Origin: Octopus sinensis
Taxonomy: Eukaryota
DNA length: 64,000 nucleotides
NCBI RefSeq assembly: GCF_006345805.1
Contig: NC_043023.1
Coordinates: forward strand, 20,522,001 to 20,586,000
Direction: 5' to 3'
Shown in pieces: positions 21,556-35,460 of the stretch. The position numbers and the translations under genes were made by a program. Under the pieces are notes generated by a model. That model was given only the letters and a program-made list of their open reading frames with translations. It made no database searches and had not been told where the DNA came from. Within the stretch, counting starts at the first letter, position 1, and the number at the start of each line of letters is the position of its first letter.

Positions 21556-23112
21556 CTGTAGAGCTTTCTACAGGTATGCCAAAGAAACAGCTACAGTGCA
21601 CTGTAGAATAGGGCCACTCCTTGAAAAGGAGGGCACACTCACAGGAAAACCAATGAGGGTAAGTGAAATACTGAATGAGCATTCAAGAGTGTTTTCACTC
21701 CACCCCTTGGGCATTTCCAAATCACCAATCCAACTGACTTCTTTACCACTGCAGATATAAAATCAGAGGCGGCGACGATAAATTACATCGATATAAAGGA
21801 AGACGATGTAATCAAGGCTATAGATGAAATGAAAACAGACTCAGCTACTGGCCCCGATGGATTCCCAGCAATCCTCCTAAAAGTATGTAAGAGAGTCCTA
21901 GCAAGACCACTGCAGTTCTTCTTTCAGAGCTTCCTTGCAGCTGGCAAACTTCCAAGAAAACTGAAGGAAGGTAAAATATGCCCCATTCATAAAGGAGGTA
22001 GCAGAGCGGAAGCCAAGAACTATAGACCTATCTCTCTGACCTCACACATCAGCAAGGTCATGGAACGAATAGTCAGAAGGAAACTGATCACCTTCCTTGA
22101 AGAAAATGACTTGCTGCCCGACACCCAACATGGTTTCCGACCAGGGTGAAGCTGTTTAACTCAGCTCCTACAACACTATGACTGGGTGCTGAAACGACTG
22201 CTCAACCACTCAAATGTGGAAGTGATATATATCGACTTTGCAAAGGCCTTTGATAAAGTCGATCATGGAATGATATGTCACAAACTGCGTTGGAAAACTG
22301 GGAGAATGGCTTCATGACTTTCTGAAAGATAGAAGTCAGGTGGTAGTAGCCAATGGGGCCACTTCCATTAACACAAATAGTGAGCGGTGTTCCGCAGGGC
22401 ACCGTTTTGGGACCACTACTGTTCATAATGGCCCTCTCAGACATGCCCTCAGCCACGCAGAGAGCCACGATCACAAGTTATGCAGATGATACAAAAGTTT
22501 CACAGGCAATACAGAACCCTGAGGACACTAAACACCTGCAATGTGAGCTGGACGAAATATACAAGTGGGCTGAAAAGAATAGCATGCAGTTCAATGCTGA
22601 AAAGTTTCAAGCTTTATACTATCAGCATGCAAAACTAAATGCAATACCCAATGAATACACTGGACCCAGAGGAATTGCAATCCCAGGGGCACAATCACTG
22701 CGTGACCTAGGTATTTACATGAGTGATGACGCAACCTTTCGTGTACATGTTGCTACATTGGCAATGAAATGTAGACAACTGGCCGGATGGATTCTCAGAA
22801 CCTTTAGAACAAGAGAACAAGAAACCATGATGGTCCTCTGGAGGACACTTGTCCTAAGCCACTTTGACTATTGCTCTCAGTTATGGTCACCATCCAGTGT
22901 CAAGTTGATCACAGAGCTCGAGGCGATCCAGCGTAGCTACACGAAGAAGATAGCCTCTATGCAGAATGTAAGCTACTGGGAAAGACTCAAGAGATTAAAA
23001 CTATATTCCTTGGAGCGTAGGCGGGAAAGATATGCCATAATATACATCTGGAAGATCCTGGAGGGACTTGTCCCAAACTTTGGCATCGAGAGTTACACAA
23101 ATGCCAGAAGAG
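21556..23112 (+). pseudogene. CR1-clade LINE reverse-transcriptase fragment, disrupted (duplicate at 48996-50544)
   Basis: [40 protein letters not shown] (stop), SGVPQGTVLGPLLF, SYADDTK, LERRRER. Truncated at both ends. Confidence 0.92.
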
Positions 23113-23240
23113 GGGCTTCTTTCAGTTTCCGTCTACCAAATCCACTCACAAGGCATTGGTCGGCCTGAGGCTATAGTAGAAGATACTTGCCCAAGGTGCC
23201 ACGCAGTGGGACTGAACCCGGAACCATGTGGTTGGTAAAC
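23113..23240 (-). mobile_element. SINE family 1 partial head fused to the LINE fragment (duplicate at 50545-50672)
   Basis: GGGCTTCTTTCAGTTTCCGTC...GGAACCATGTGGTTGG. Confidence 0.85.
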
Positions 23241-24451
23241 ACACACATATATATATATAGACACATATATATATACACATATATATATATATATACACAT
23301 ATATACATATATATATATATACACATATATATATATACACATATATACACATATATATATATACACATATATATATATACACATATATATATATACACAT
23401 ATATATATATATACACATATATATATACACATATATACACACACATATATACACATATATATATATACACATATATACATATATATATATATACACATAT
23501 ATACATATACATATATATATATACACATATATACATATACATATATATACACATATATACACATATACACATATATACATATATATATACACATATATAC
23601 ATATATATATATATATACACATATATACATATATATATATATATACACATATATACATATATATATACACATATATACATATATATTTATACACATATAT
23701 ACATATATATATACACATATATACATATATATATATATATACACATATATATATATATATACACATATATATATATATATACACACACATATATATATAT
23801 ATACACATATATATATATATATACACATATATACATATATACATACACATATATATATATATACACATATATACATACACATATATACATATATATATAC
23901 CCAATATACATATATATATACACATATATACATATATATATACACATATATACATATATATATATACACATATATACATATATATACACATATATACATA
24001 TATATATATACACATATATACATATATATACACACATATATACATATATATATATACACATATATACATATATAATATATAACACATATATATATATATA
24101 TATACACACACATATATATATATACACATATATACATATATATATATATACACATATATATATATACACATATATATATATATACACATATATATATATA
24201 CACATATATTATATATATATACACATATATATATACACATATATATATAATACACAATATATATATATATACACACATATATATATACACATATATATAT
24301 ATATTACACACATATATATATATATATATACCACACATATATATATATATATATACACATATATACATATATATATACACATATATACATATATATATAC
24401 ACATATATACATATATATATACACATATATACATATATATATATACACATA

Positions 24452-24485
<34 letters not shown>

Positions 24486-25357
24486 CATATATAATATATA
24501 CATATATATATACACATATATACATATATATATATACACATATATACATATATATATATACACATATATACATATATATATATACACATATATACATATA
24601 TATATACACATATATACATATATATATATACACGCATATATACATATATATACACATATATACAATATATATATATACACATATATACATATATATATAC
24701 ACATATATACATATATATATATACACATATATACATATATATACAATATCATCATCATATACACATATATATATACACATATATATATACACATATATAC
24801 ATATATATATACATACACATATATACATATATATATACACATATATACATATATATATATATATACACATATATATATATACACATATATACATATATAT
24901 ATACACATATATACATATATATATATATACACACATATATATATACACACATATATATATACACACATATATATATATACACACATATATACATATATAT
25001 ATATATACATATAATACATATATATACATATACATACATATACATATACATACATATACATATATATACAATAATATATATACATATACATATATATACA
25101 TATACATATATATACATATACATATATATACATATACATATATATACATATACATACATATACATATATATACATATACATACATATACATATACATACA
25201 TATACATACATATACATATACATATATATACATATATATATATATACATATATATATACATATACATATATATACATATACATATATATATACATATACA
25301 TATATATACATATACATATATATACATATATATACATATACATATATATACATATAT
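23241..25357. repeat. 2.1 kb (ACACATATATAT)n then (ACATAT)n microsatellite (counterpart at 50673-52548)
   Basis: Direct reading. Confidence 0.97.
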
Positions 25358-28300
25358 TAAACTCAGACAAAGCCAAGGACAAGGCAGCCGAGGACAGAGG
25401 CAACCTAACGGTCCATATGCCAAAAAGGATGGAAACAAGCAGCGCACACGGGTATGTAGGTTCTACCTGAAGGTGCCTGCCGGCATGGAGAGGAGGGTGC
25501 AGGCTGCCGCTTTGCACATCCGGACCCTGCCACAGAAACCAACCACCGAAAGGAAATGGGATGGACCAGGCATCACCTGCCCCAAAACGGAGGTACGCAG
25601 ATGTGGTGCGTACCACAAACCACCAACGTGTTGTTGAAAGGGCAGCTGCTGAGCAGGAATCTTTTTTGTGCATGGCACAAAAGATTGTACAGCAGCTAAC
25701 CTGCTCCATCAGGCTCAGGCTCGCAGATGGAACTGCCCACAGTTCACAAGACCGCCACAGCAGATGGACCCAGGGTGGACAACGCCGGCAACAGCATACA
25801 CCTCACCTCGATGCTCCTACTGAACATCAGAGGTTTACTAACACACAGTAACAGGACAAAAGTCCCGTTCCTGAGAGACTTTGTCGCATGCAATCAAGCC
25901 TTATGCATAGCACTCACAGAAACGCATCTGAAACCGGACATAGCAGATGCGGAATTACACATACCACAGTATGTTGTACTACGGACCGACAGGAAAGAAA
26001 GGAGTCATGGAGGAGTTGCTATGTACATCCGTGGGGACCTCACACCCCAGGTCCTTTTGTCATACTCAAACTCGGTGTGTGACACACTAATTGTACACAT
26101 AAGGCAACTTGATGTAGTTGTGTGTGCTACATATCGCCCTCCAGATGCCCCAAGTCATATGGCAAGTTCGAGGACTGCCTTTTAAAAATAGAAGAAGTTC
26201 TAACCACATTAGAACAAACACATAAGTGTACTTCTCATGGGAGACTTCAATCTACCGAATGTCAGATGGCCCGAGGGCCTTTCTCTCCCGAATGAACAAG
26301 ATGTGGAACGTGGACAGGCGAGGTCCCTCCTGAACCTCACCAACACCCTGTACATGGAGCAAGTAATACTGCAAACCAACACAGAGCAGGGTAACACTGG
26401 ATCTCTGCTTCACAAATAATATGGATCTCATCCATAAGTGAAAGTGACACCGACACTGCTCTCGATCACAGCATGGTAGAGCTGACCAGTACGGGCCAAA
26501 AGAGAGCACGACATGCAGCCTACAAGAAACCCTCAGAATCTTTCCAGCTTGAACTTCAATAAGGCAAACTGGAAACAAATTGAGAAAGAGATCCTCAAAC
26601 AAAACTGGCCTGAATGTCTCTCCTCGCCGGACATCGACATGATACTTCAACAATCATGTCTGTAATGCAAGCCATATGCTACAAATGTGTCCCAGAGAGA
26701 AAGGCCACTGTACACAAGAACAAAATCCCCAGAGAGAGGAAAATTCTAATGAGACGGCGTACAAAAATTTCAAATCGCCTAAACAAACAAATTGAAAGTA
26801 GTGAAAGTCCCGCCTGAAAATAAACTGTTGGAAATTGAAAATTGTCTGCAACTTTCCCATGAGAAGGAAAGAGCAGACAAAGAAGCCTGGGCTATAGACA
26901 ACAATAAAAACTAACCCCAGAGCTTTCTACAGGTATGCCAAAGAAACGGCTACAGTGCACTGTAGGATAGGGCCACTCCTTGAAAAGGATGGCACACTCA
27001 CAGGAAAACCAATGAGGGTAAGTGAAATACTGAATGAACAATTCAGAGTGTTTTCACTCCACCCCTTGGGCATTTCAAATCAGCAATCCAACTGACTCTT
27101 TACCACTGCAGATATGAATCAGAGGCGGGGCGACGATAAGTACATCGAGATAAAGGAAGACGATGTAATAAAGGCTATAGATGAAATGAAAATAGACTCA
27201 GCTACTGGCCCCGATGGATTCCCGGCAATCCTCCTAAAAGTATGTAAGAGAGTCTTAGCAAGACCACTGCAGTCCCTCTTTCAGAGCTTCCTTGCAGCTG
27301 GCAACTTCCAAGGGGACTGAAGGAAGGTAAAAATATGCCCTATTCATAAAGGAGGTAGCAGAGCGGAGGCAAAGAACTACAGATAATCTCTCTGACCTCA
27401 CACATCAGCAAGGTCATGGAACGAATAGTCAGAAGGAAACTAATCACCTTCCTTGAAGGGAATGACTTGCTGCCTGAACCCAACATGGTTTCGACAGGAA
27501 GAAGCTGCTTAACTCAGCTCCTGCAGCACTATGACTGGGTGCTGAATGAAACAACTGCTCAACCACTCAAATGTGGAAGTCATATATCTCGACTTCGCAA
27601 AGGCCTTCGATAAAGTCGATCACGAATGATATGTCACAGGCTGCGTGATCTTGGCATAGTTGGAAAACTAGGAGAATGGCTTCACGACTTTCTGAAGGAT
27701 AGAGTAGTCAGGTGGTAGTAGCCAATGGGGCCACTTCCATTAACACGCAAATAAATGAGTGGTGTTCCACAGGGCACTGTTTGGGACCACTACTGTCATA
27801 ATGGCCCTCTCAGACATGCCCTCAGCCACGCAGAGATCCACGATCACAAGTTATGCAGATGATACAAAAGTTTCACAGGCAATACAGAACCCTGAGGACA
27901 CTAAAAACCTGCAATGTGAGCTGGACGAAATATACAAGTGGCTGAAAAGAATAGCATGCAGTTCAATGCTGGAAAGTTTCAAGCTTTATACTATCAGCAT
28001 GCAAAATTGAATGCATACCAATGAATACACTGGACCCGGAGGGATGCAATCCCAGAGGCACAATCAGTGCGTGACCTGGGTATTCACATGAGTGATGACG
28101 CGACCTTCATGTACATGTTGCTAAACTGACAGTGAAATGTAGACGGCTGGCTGGCTGGATTCTTAGAACCTTTAGAACAAGAGAACAAGAACCATGATGG
28201 TCCTCTGGAAGAACTTGTCCTAAGCCACTTTGACTATTGCTCTCAGCTATGGTCACCATCCCAGTGTCAATTGATCACAGAACTTGAGGCGACCAACAGA

Positions 28301-28836
28301 AGCTACCAAAGAAGATAGCCTCTATGCAGAATGTAAGCTACTGGGAAAGACTCAAGAGATTAAAAATTATACTCCTGGAGCGTAGGCGGGAAGAGATATG
28401 CCATAATATACATAAGGAAGATCCTGGAGGAAGTGTCCTGAACTTTGGCATCGAGAGTTACACAAATGCCAGAACTGGGCGCACACTGCGTGGTGCCTAG
28501 GACTCCAACCTGCCATCAAGATGTAGGACAAGATTCTGTGATAGGCCTGGGCTTCCGAGACCCACAGCTCTTCAATATCCTCCCGAAGAACCTGAGAGAC
28601 CTGCATGGGGTGGTACAGATGTCTTTAAAATGAAGCTGGCTCTTCCTTTGTCAGGTGTCCCAGATGAACCAACTCACCGGCAGGAGGGGCAGATGAGGGC
28701 AGCTGCATCGAACTCTCTCATGCACCCAAATAGCAGTTGCTAGAAAGCCTCCATGAAGTGAAACCAAGTAGCAACACCAAATGGCGGTGCCCCAGCATGG
28801 CCCACAGCTCATAGGCTGGAACTGGAATCAATCATC
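25358..28836 (+). mobile_element. long, frameshifted CR1-clade LINE: ORF1 C-terminal remnant with CCCH finger, ORF2 APE (from ~25810), RT and 3' tail
   Basis: APE motifs LLNIRGL, IALTETHL, RTDR..GGVAMY, TYRPP, GDFNLP. RT motifs as in 21556-23112. Tail GGCGGTGCCCCAGCATGG. Many indels. Confidence 0.92.
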
Positions 28837-29378
28837 ATATATATATATATATATATATGTACATATATATATATATATATATGTACATATATATATATAT
28901 TATATATGTACATATAGTATATATATATATATATTATATATATATATATGTACATATATATATATATATATATGTACATATATATATATCATCATCATCA
29001 TCATCATTTAACGTCCGTTTCCGCGCTAGCACGGGGTTGGACGGTTCGACCGGGGTCTGGGGGAGCTCGGGACTGCCCCAGGCTCCAGTCTAGTCTGGCA
29101 GTGTTTCTACAGCTGGATGCCCTTCCTAACGCCAACCACTCCGCGAGTGTAGTGGGTGGGGTATTTTACGTGCCACCTGCACAGGTGCCAGAGGGGTCTG
29201 GCATCGGCCACGTTCAGATGGTGCTTTTTATGGGGGGGGGTGCAGAAATATAGGGGAGCACCAGTGGAGGGATGGTTCAGAGGACATTGTACTAGGCAAG
29301 TAGAACGTAGGAACCGAGAGAGAGGGGTAATGCATGGTGAAATAGCGTATTGAAGAGGGGGCTTCAAATAGTAGACAC

Positions 29379-29426
<48 letters not shown>

Positions 29427-29505
29427 GTACATATATATATATATATATAGATATGTACTATATATATATATTATAATATATGTACATATATATATATATA
29501 TGTAC

Positions 29506-29555
<50 letters not shown>

Positions 29556-29559
29556 GTAC

Positions 29560-29593
<34 letters not shown>

Positions 29594-29802
29594 GTACATA
29601 TATATATATATATGTACATATATATATGTACCTATATATATATATATATATATATGTACATATATATATATATATATATATGTACATATATATATGCATA
29701 TATATTATATATATATAATATATTATATATATGTACTATATATATAATATATATATATAATGTACATATATATATATATATTATATATCTATATATATGT
29801 AC

Positions 29803-29850
<48 letters not shown>

Positions 29851-30092
29851 TATATGTATGTACATATATATATATATATATGTATGTACATATATATATA
29901 TATGTACATATATATATATATATATATATGTATGTACATATATATATATGTACATATATATATATGTACATATATATATATAAAAAATGTATGTACATAT
30001 ATATTATTTATAATATATATGTATGTACACCGCTATTATATATATGACATATATATATATGTACATATATATATATTGTATATATAATATAT
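28836..30092. repeat. (TA)n/(TATGTACATA)n microsatellites (28836-28990, 29380-30092) around an RTE 3' fragment
   Basis: Direct reading. Confidence 0.9.
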
Positions 30093-30144
30093 ACGTTTAA
30101 ATATTTATTGTGCAAGATTTTTATGTGAAGTCGTCTGTTGAAAC

Positions 30145-30297
30145 AGATATTGTTATATTTCGGAATGGTCATATGCCAGTTTAAGATTAATGTAAAAAAT
30201 AAATATCACTGAAGCAAAATAACACCAAATATATAGTGCGTGTGTTTTTATTGGCTAAACTGGCAATATGACCATTCCGAAATATAACAATATATAT
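30145..30297. repeat. inverted repeat (arms ~37 bp) abutting (TA)n
   Basis: ATATTGTTATATTTCGGAATGGTCATATGCCAGTTTA / TAAACTGGCAATATGACCATTCCGAAATATAACAATAT. Confidence 0.85.
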
Positions 30298-30554
30298 ATA
30301 TATACACACACACACACTATTTTTCATACTTGCTTGGTTGGACGGAAGATTTTCTACAGTTGGATGCTCTTCCTTTCACCAACCCTCGCCTATTTCCAAC
30401 CAAGTTAATACAGGAGACAGCAAAAAAAACTATATTTTAGAGTTAGACAAAAAAGCCAAGATAAATTCTATCCAAAGGTATTTTAACATGAAAGGATGCA
30501 GTTTGTTTCATTTGGTTTTGAAAATGATATCCTCCAAATAGCAGAATTTTCTCT

Positions 30555-31215
30555 AATTGTGATACACTATTGTAGTTGATGTCTGAAGTTTTCCATCACT
30601 CAGTGAGGAATTTCCAGTAGTTTTTCTGCAGTTGTATGGGGTATAGCAGCCTTCAATTTGCCCATGGCTGTTGGTTGATGCTTGTAGATCCCAAATTTCA
30701 GATAATCACAGGGAGAGAGATCAGGCATGTGTGCAGGCTATCCAATGTCACTGTATAAAGAAATCAAATGTCCTGGAAACAGTTCTCTCAAAACTTCCAT
30801 GATCTTCCTACAGTGTGAGTAATGGCTCTATCAAACTGCATATCTGTTTTCAAAGTCTGTGAGTTTGACTCCAGAAAGTTCCATAAGCATACTTGTGTAC
30901 TGATTACATATAACTGCTTGGCTTCCCTCCTCACTAAAGTGAGGACTCCATACACCAAAATTTGCAATCATGTACCCACGTGGTAATTTGTTCAGTGTAG
31001 AAGTCTTTCATGAAACTGTTTAGGACTGTTTTCCATCTAGTAGTGAAAATTCTGCTAATTGATGCAGCCAGAAGGTTAAAGTGGCATTCATTGCTTTTTG
31101 AAAACAGCATCTGCAGGAACATTATGAAGGATATCCTCACAGCATGGTGCACAGTTTCTCATTCACATTCATGAAGTTCCTGAACAACTATCATTTTGTA
31201 TGGTTGAAACCTAAG
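30555..31215 (-). pseudogene. decayed Tc1/mariner transposase
   Basis: Manual translation with stops and frameshifts: YKMIVVQEL, SNECHF (SDEAHF-like), AITHT..SMEVLRELFPGHLISL..DIG*PAHMPDLSPCDY, VMENFRHQLQ*CI. Confidence 0.7.
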
Positions 31216-31274
31216 ATCAATGTATAAATTTTCCTGACATTTAATATATATATGTGTGTGTGGTGTGTGGTATA

Positions 31275-31680
31275 CGAGGCCTCTTTCAGTTTCTATCTAT
31301 CAAATCCACTCACAAGGCATTGGTCAGCCTGAGTAGAAGGCACTTGCCCAAGGGTCTCACAGTGGGACTGAACCCAGGACCATGTAGTTGGGAAGCAAGC
31401 TTCTTACTATACAATCACATCTGTGCCTATACTTCGTGTATTGAGTCCTAGTTTTCCATCTATCTACGCACACACACACACACAAAAAAAAAACACGCAT
31501 GTATACACATACAGAGAGATATATATGAGCTTTTTACAGTTTCCATATGCCAAATCCACTCACAGGGTTTTGGTCAATCTAGGGCTACAGTAGAAAGCAC
31601 TTTCCCAATGTGCCACATTGTGGGACTGAACCTGAAATTATATGGTTGGAAAGAAAAACATTTTAACCACAGAGCCATTC
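31275..31680 (-). mobile_element. two decayed SINE family 1 heads (31275-31430, 31530-31680)
   Basis: CAAATCCACTCACAAGG...GTGGGACTGAACC motifs. Confidence 0.75.
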
Positions 31681-31829
31681 ATATGTATATTATGTATGGT
31701 TGCTTATAAAATTGGTGCTTTTTTGAATTTAAATGGTGTCAACAATGATGTGAAAATGTAAAATATAGCTTACATCTCACAGATGTTTCTCTAAGAAAGT
31801 ATATATATATAACTTAGAATAACTTAGAA

Positions 31830-32235
31830 AGGTTTTGGCCAGTATTGGCCCAGGCCATGTCTAACTTAATAGCACCACCTGGTGAAGTCTTTCAGTTCAG
31901 GATTTTGGCACCAAGGCCCATTCGAGCAGAGAGTTATTGTTTGCGGAGACATATCGGGTGTGGGTGGTTTGTCCGGTACTGTTTGAAGGAATTTCCACAA
32001 AGACTTCTTGAATTTTGTGTGGTCAGTTTCTTTTTGACGTGTCCTGGTGTATGTTGAAGAGAGCGGGTCCAATTGAGGTGAAATAGTTGTGCCGTATTGT
32101 CGTTATGTGATGCGATTTAGATTTTTGTTGTGGACGGATGGCACGTGGTCCAAGCCTGGAGCATTTTGAAGGTGATGCCAACATCATTCGGACAGTGCTG
32201 GTGGAATATTTCCACATCATACAGAAATGTAGTGT
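31830..32235 (-). pseudogene. old CR1-like LINE ORF2 C-terminal fragment
   Basis: RLGPRAIRPQQKSKSHHITTIRHNYFTSIGPALFN and KFKKSLWKFLQTVPDKPP. Confidence 0.65.
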
Positions 32236-33039
32236 TCACGGCGTCGTTGGAGTGAATACAATTTCATATATCATAACTTGCTTTTAACTGTTTAATTACA
32301 ATTGTTATACATACATGACAACAATTATTGCATTAGCCTGAAATAAAAATCATAATTGTTTATATGTTCCACTTTCCATTTTCATGCATATAAAATAATT
32401 TATAATGCTTTTTTTTAACAAAAAAACTGGTTCAGATTTTAAATGACCACCAGGATTCGTTTTGCTGTTCTCTAATTTGAAATTATAACAATTTGGAGTC
32501 TCTCATTCAGTTGAGTTATTTTACAAAATTAATGGAATACTTTAACACTAAAGGGTGCCGATAAGTGTGGCTTCTGAAAAATGTCTCAAGACAATTTCCT
32601 CCAGTATTCTCACATTGAAGCCTTGTGATATTGTCTGCACTGTGGAATTATGAACCCAAGGATTTTCATCATTCTTCATAAAATTGTACGAAATTTGTGT
32701 ACCATATATTTGGAGAGTTTGGTTGTCTATATCTTATCAGCTATATTAAAGGAAACTCTAATACCGCAATCTATGCAGCCCCAAGTCCATTGTGCATATT
32801 TTTATTTTAATTGTACTCTTTCCTCTCTGATTTATTTCATTGTACAAAGTCATTTACCATCTGGGTGATCACTTCTGTGAGACCCATTAGATGTAGATAT
32901 CAACACTAACGTCCCTGGCAACTTTAATCCTCTACCCCCTCTCTACTACATCCATAAGCTAAAGACAATTATCAAGACTGGCAAAACAATGCTTCATATT
33001 CCAAATCATACTCACACAATCATGCTCTTGCTCGATGAG

Positions 33040-33360
33040 GCTGGTGTCAGCCAGGTCAGTGGTCCCAGAGGCATTATTGTGCATAGAGCCGACCAGGTCC
33101 ACCAGTGACCCCCATTGCTAGTGGTCTCATGCCAGCCCCTTTGTATCCTCCAAGATGATGTAAGGTCTCTGGAGATCTTTAATCACATCTGCCATCTGGT
33201 GCCGGGCCTGCCACAGAGCCTCTTCTAGTCCTCAGATGCTGCTTCAAACAAGAGTAAGACCCTGGTAGGATGGTCTGGCAAGGAGGAAGGGGGCATGTCC
33301 GTACCAGTGCATTGCAGCAGATGGCTATGATGCTGCAGGCTGATGCATGTGCACACGCAA
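33040..33360 (-). pseudogene. old RTE/RTE-X-like ORF2 C-terminal fragment
   Basis: Manual translation MHWYGHA..LPDHPTRVLLLF..KRLCGRPGTRW..LKDLQ..LA*DH*QW. Confidence 0.6.
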
Positions 33361-34289
33361 CTCTTCAGTCAACTAGAAGTTTGAATACTTCCACTAATTT
33401 CTCAAATGTCACTTACTCTACTGAACTTTTTGCAACTGGATGAATATTGCTGATAATTCATGCAATACTATCACACTTCATCTCATCACCTCTGTGTTGG
33501 TCTTTATTCTTCACAACCCACACTTCACTTTCTAGATCTCTACATCTTATTGTCCCTAACTTTGTACCTATCATACCCACCACCACCTTTTATCTGTCTT
33601 TTGTAACTTTTGTCATCCATTACTTCTTCAAAAGTAATGGATGACAGAAACGTTTTTCACTGCTCAGGACAATCATACTTATTGACAACTAAACTTGCTC
33701 TCTTGTCTAGATACCAGCTGGCATTGTCTTGTTGGCAATTTGTACAAACATATTGAGAGGAAGTTCAGCTGTGATCCTACTAGTCCAGTAGCTGAAAGGA
33801 CATGATCTTTTCACAATGTATCTTATCTTTTAATTTCTTGTTCTGTACAAAGAAATGTATGATGACCTATCATAATAAATGCACTAAAATTTGTGAATAT
33901 TTTTGTTTGGTATGATTAACCACTTAAAGTTGGAATAAAGCTATCAATATTACTTCAGTATTACACTATCAAGTGTCTACTACAAGTAAGAAAATCTACA
34001 TTAGGTGAAAGAAGTGTAACACACATTCTCCACCTGTTTTCTCAGCTTTGTTTTGTGGCTATCAAGACCTTTCTTGTCAGAAAATTTCTGAAAAAGCACT
34101 GATAATTTCTTACATGATATGACAAGAAAAAAAACATGTCTACTAAATTAAGAGAATGCAATAAAGTATCTGCACATTTTGCATAAGTCCCCTCTTCCTT
34201 AAGTTATATAATTATGGGATCCGTGGTCAATATGACAACTGTGTGGTTGGTATTGCTTGTTGTATGCTAAAATCAAGTTAACTACATCC

Positions 34290-35460
34290 ACTGAGCTACC
34301 AGTATCATACAATGATTGCTGGGTTTCATTTGAATGGCAAAGTCATGGTTTTTTATTTGTTTGTATATTTTGTTTCTTTATTTGATTGTATGGAAAATGA
34401 CTGTCCTGGAATATCTTTTAGTCTACTGATGTCAATGCAATGGTCTGGTCTGTCATTATTATTGTTTTGGGTCTATGTCAGGTCCTCGAACTTTTGTTGT
34501 AATCTTGCATGGTTTTTTATATCATTTTCCAACTCCTCCAAATAGTAAAAGGAATTCTGAAGGGGCAAACCAATGAGTGACTTGTTTACATTGTCTCCAA
34601 ATCACTTTAGCATCTCCAATGTGGAGTTGATTAAGCTTTTTTTCACTCACTCCATGTGGAACTGCTACCTTTTCTTTTGGTTTCATTGTCATATCTGGCT
34701 TCATGGATATTTATCAGTCTCTTCTTTCTTTGCTGTATACTTGCCACACTTCTTAAGAAATCTATACACTAAACTGTGAAAGTGAATTTTTTCTAAATTC
34801 AACTCATCATATTTGTTGCTATCTCCATAGTGAATGCATTTACTGAACACCTGCTTTGAGAAATGAAATTTCACTTATAAAGCAACTAGTTCAGTAATGC
34901 AGCTGATGAAGCCACCAACACCCAAATAGTTCCACCAGATTCTACTAAACAACAGCTATCCACCATCTGTCACCAAACAACAGCACATAAGCAATGCTAA
35001 AAATAACATACTTCATAAGAAGGCTCATACTCCAAGGTTGATACATTTGCTTCTTTTAAAATACCCTTTTTTGACAACAAAATACTTCTACAATCCATCA
35101 TGGCTTCTACAAAGAAATATTAAATACACAGATGGAACACTCCAATCCATCCCTGATGAAATTTTGATTTAGAAATTGTACCATAAACAGCATTGTGAGG
35201 TGCACACTGTCCAATTACCTCATCAACAGCTTAAAAAAATGTGCTCAAGGAATTGTATTATATTGAAGTGGTCTGCAGCATATATGGTACATTCTATTTG
35301 AAAGCACCATCAAGAAAATGATATCCACATTGAAGAACATATGTGCAAAAACATTTCAGCTTACAGACACCTGCAAAATGCTAAACTCAGGGACTTTATT
35401 GTATCTGTCAGAGCCATGGAATGTAACACAGGCAACCTTCAACTTAAGGAAGTTATCCTA
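34290..35460. pseudogene. highly decayed retroelement remnants, possibly Penelope-like
   Basis: Fragments such as HIEEHMCKNISAYRHL...ECNTGNLQLK (+) resemble GIY-YIG C-termini. Weak evidence. Confidence 0.3.

Noticed and set aside
25358-28836. Active full-length LINE
   Set aside because: The 5' end is missing and ORF2 has numerous frameshifts and stops, although some may be sequencing errors.
35145-35185. CTGATGA...GAAA hammerhead-like string (also CTGATGAAG at ~34903 and, on the minus strand, ~37205)
   Set aside because: Weak or absent stems I-III; compatible with chance.
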